A stretch of 64,000 nucleotides of DNA from NCBI GenBank assembly GCA_977030845.1, contig OZ365116.1, positions 13,516,001-13,580,000 on the forward strand, in the 5' to 3' direction. A program made the position numbers and the translations under genes. Positions 63,099 to 64,000 of the stretch are shown piece after piece (within the stretch, counting starts at the first letter, position 1; the number at the start of each line of letters is the position of its first letter). The notes under the pieces were generated by a model. The model was given only the letters and a program-made list of their open reading frames with translations. It searched no databases and was not told the DNA's origin. This DNA comes from Fimbriosthenelais zetlandica. Taxonomy: Eukaryota.

Positions 63099-63943
63099 GA
63101 GTTGTAGCTTTGGCAAACACAGTAATTATTATTTTAGATTTAAATTATATTTATCTAATACCAGAATAGTTAATATCGGAGAGTTGTAGCTTTGACAGAC
63201 ACAATAATTATTATTTTACATTTAAATTATATTTATTTAATATCAGATTAGTAAATATAGGAGAGTTGTAGCTTTGACAGACACAATAATTATTATTTTA
63301 CATTTGAATTATAATTTTTTATATTTATTTGATACATGTATTAATATCCGAGAGTGGTAACTTTGACAGACAGTCAGACACAGTAATGATTATTTTAGAT
63401 TTAGATTATATTTATTTAATATCAGTTTAGTTAATGCCAGGCTGGGCTCACTCTAGCTACAAATTATGTGTAGCAAAAAGACACCAAATTTCCCTTAGCA
63501 ATTTGCAGTTGGCGTTCGCAGATGTCAATTTTAAGGAAACATTGCTAGTTGGATTTTCCCTTCATTTCTGATGTTTGTGTGATTTTGCGGTGGTTAGGCG
63601 TAATTTTTCTTTCGCAAAATTAGGGAATAATAGTAATTTTCTTTTAGCAAATTTTTATTTTTATTCTCAAATTGCGACAGTGCAATCAAGGTGCAATCGG
63701 GTAGAGCGAGCCCAGGCAGGGAATTGTAGCATTGGCAAACACAGTAATTATTATTTTATATTAAGATTATATTTATTTAATATCAGATTAGTTAATGTCA
63801 GGGAGTTTTAGCTTTAGCAAACAAACACAGTCATTATCATTTTAGATTTTAATTATATTTATTTAATATCAGATTAGTTAATATCCCAGAGTTCTAGCTT
63901 TGACAGACACACTAGATTTAGATTATATTTATTTAATATCAGA
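63099..63943. repeat. AT-rich ~82-bp minisatellite (about 7 units) interrupted by a MITE
   Basis: Units start gagttgtagctttg(a/g)ca(g/a)acac at 63099, 63181, 63263 and 63352, and resume after 63720. Confidence 0.92.
63441..63716. mobile_element. 276-bp MITE with ~16-bp terminal inverted repeats
   Basis: Left end gctgggctcactctagc versus right-end reverse complement cctgggctcgctctacc. Flanked by CAG/CAG (63438-63440, 63717-63719). Removing it restores a normal satellite unit. Confidence 0.75.
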
Positions 63944-64000
63944 CTATCACCCCCTCCTTCTACCCCCTTCTCTCCCTTAGGTAAAAATATATCACAGCTA

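Noticed and set aside
667-63811. The ~190 short ORFs in the supplied track as genes
   Set aside because: All are 126 aa or shorter, many use non-ATG starts, and none has recognisable homology except 56285-56527 (overlaps the Bak exon) and a few TE-fossil frames.

Overview
This is eukaryotic genomic DNA, probably from an invertebrate bilaterian (inference from spliceosomal introns, an invertebrate-looking Bak protein and scattered TACATGTA motifs). The only confidently identifiable protein-coding gene is a BAK-like pro-apoptotic Bcl-2 family gene on the + strand. Three of its exons are visible (54883-55026, 56266-56449, 58725-58835), encoding BH3, BH1, BH2 and the C-terminal membrane anchor. 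I could not find its N-terminal coding exon(s) anywhere in the 54 kb upstream. Its 3' UTR region holds an 11-copy 28-bp palindrome-containing tandem array. A second + strand gene appears to start at about 62.1 kb, with a tandem-ETS promoter, two 5' exons, three uORFs, and an ATG as the last three bases of exon 2. The first ~53 kb has no credible long ORF. It is a graveyard of very old retroelement fossils (LINE, Gypsy, Penelope-like) that are recognisable only by residual protein motifs. It also contains a CGCG-rich promoter-like island (31.6-34.6 kb), recurring TGACCA/CAGTGG motif clusters, and two textbook AG|GTAAGT recursive-splice-site candidates on the Bak strand. No CRISPR array, rRNA or tRNA gene is supported. 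All protein-family calls for the fossils are by-eye motif matches, not database results.
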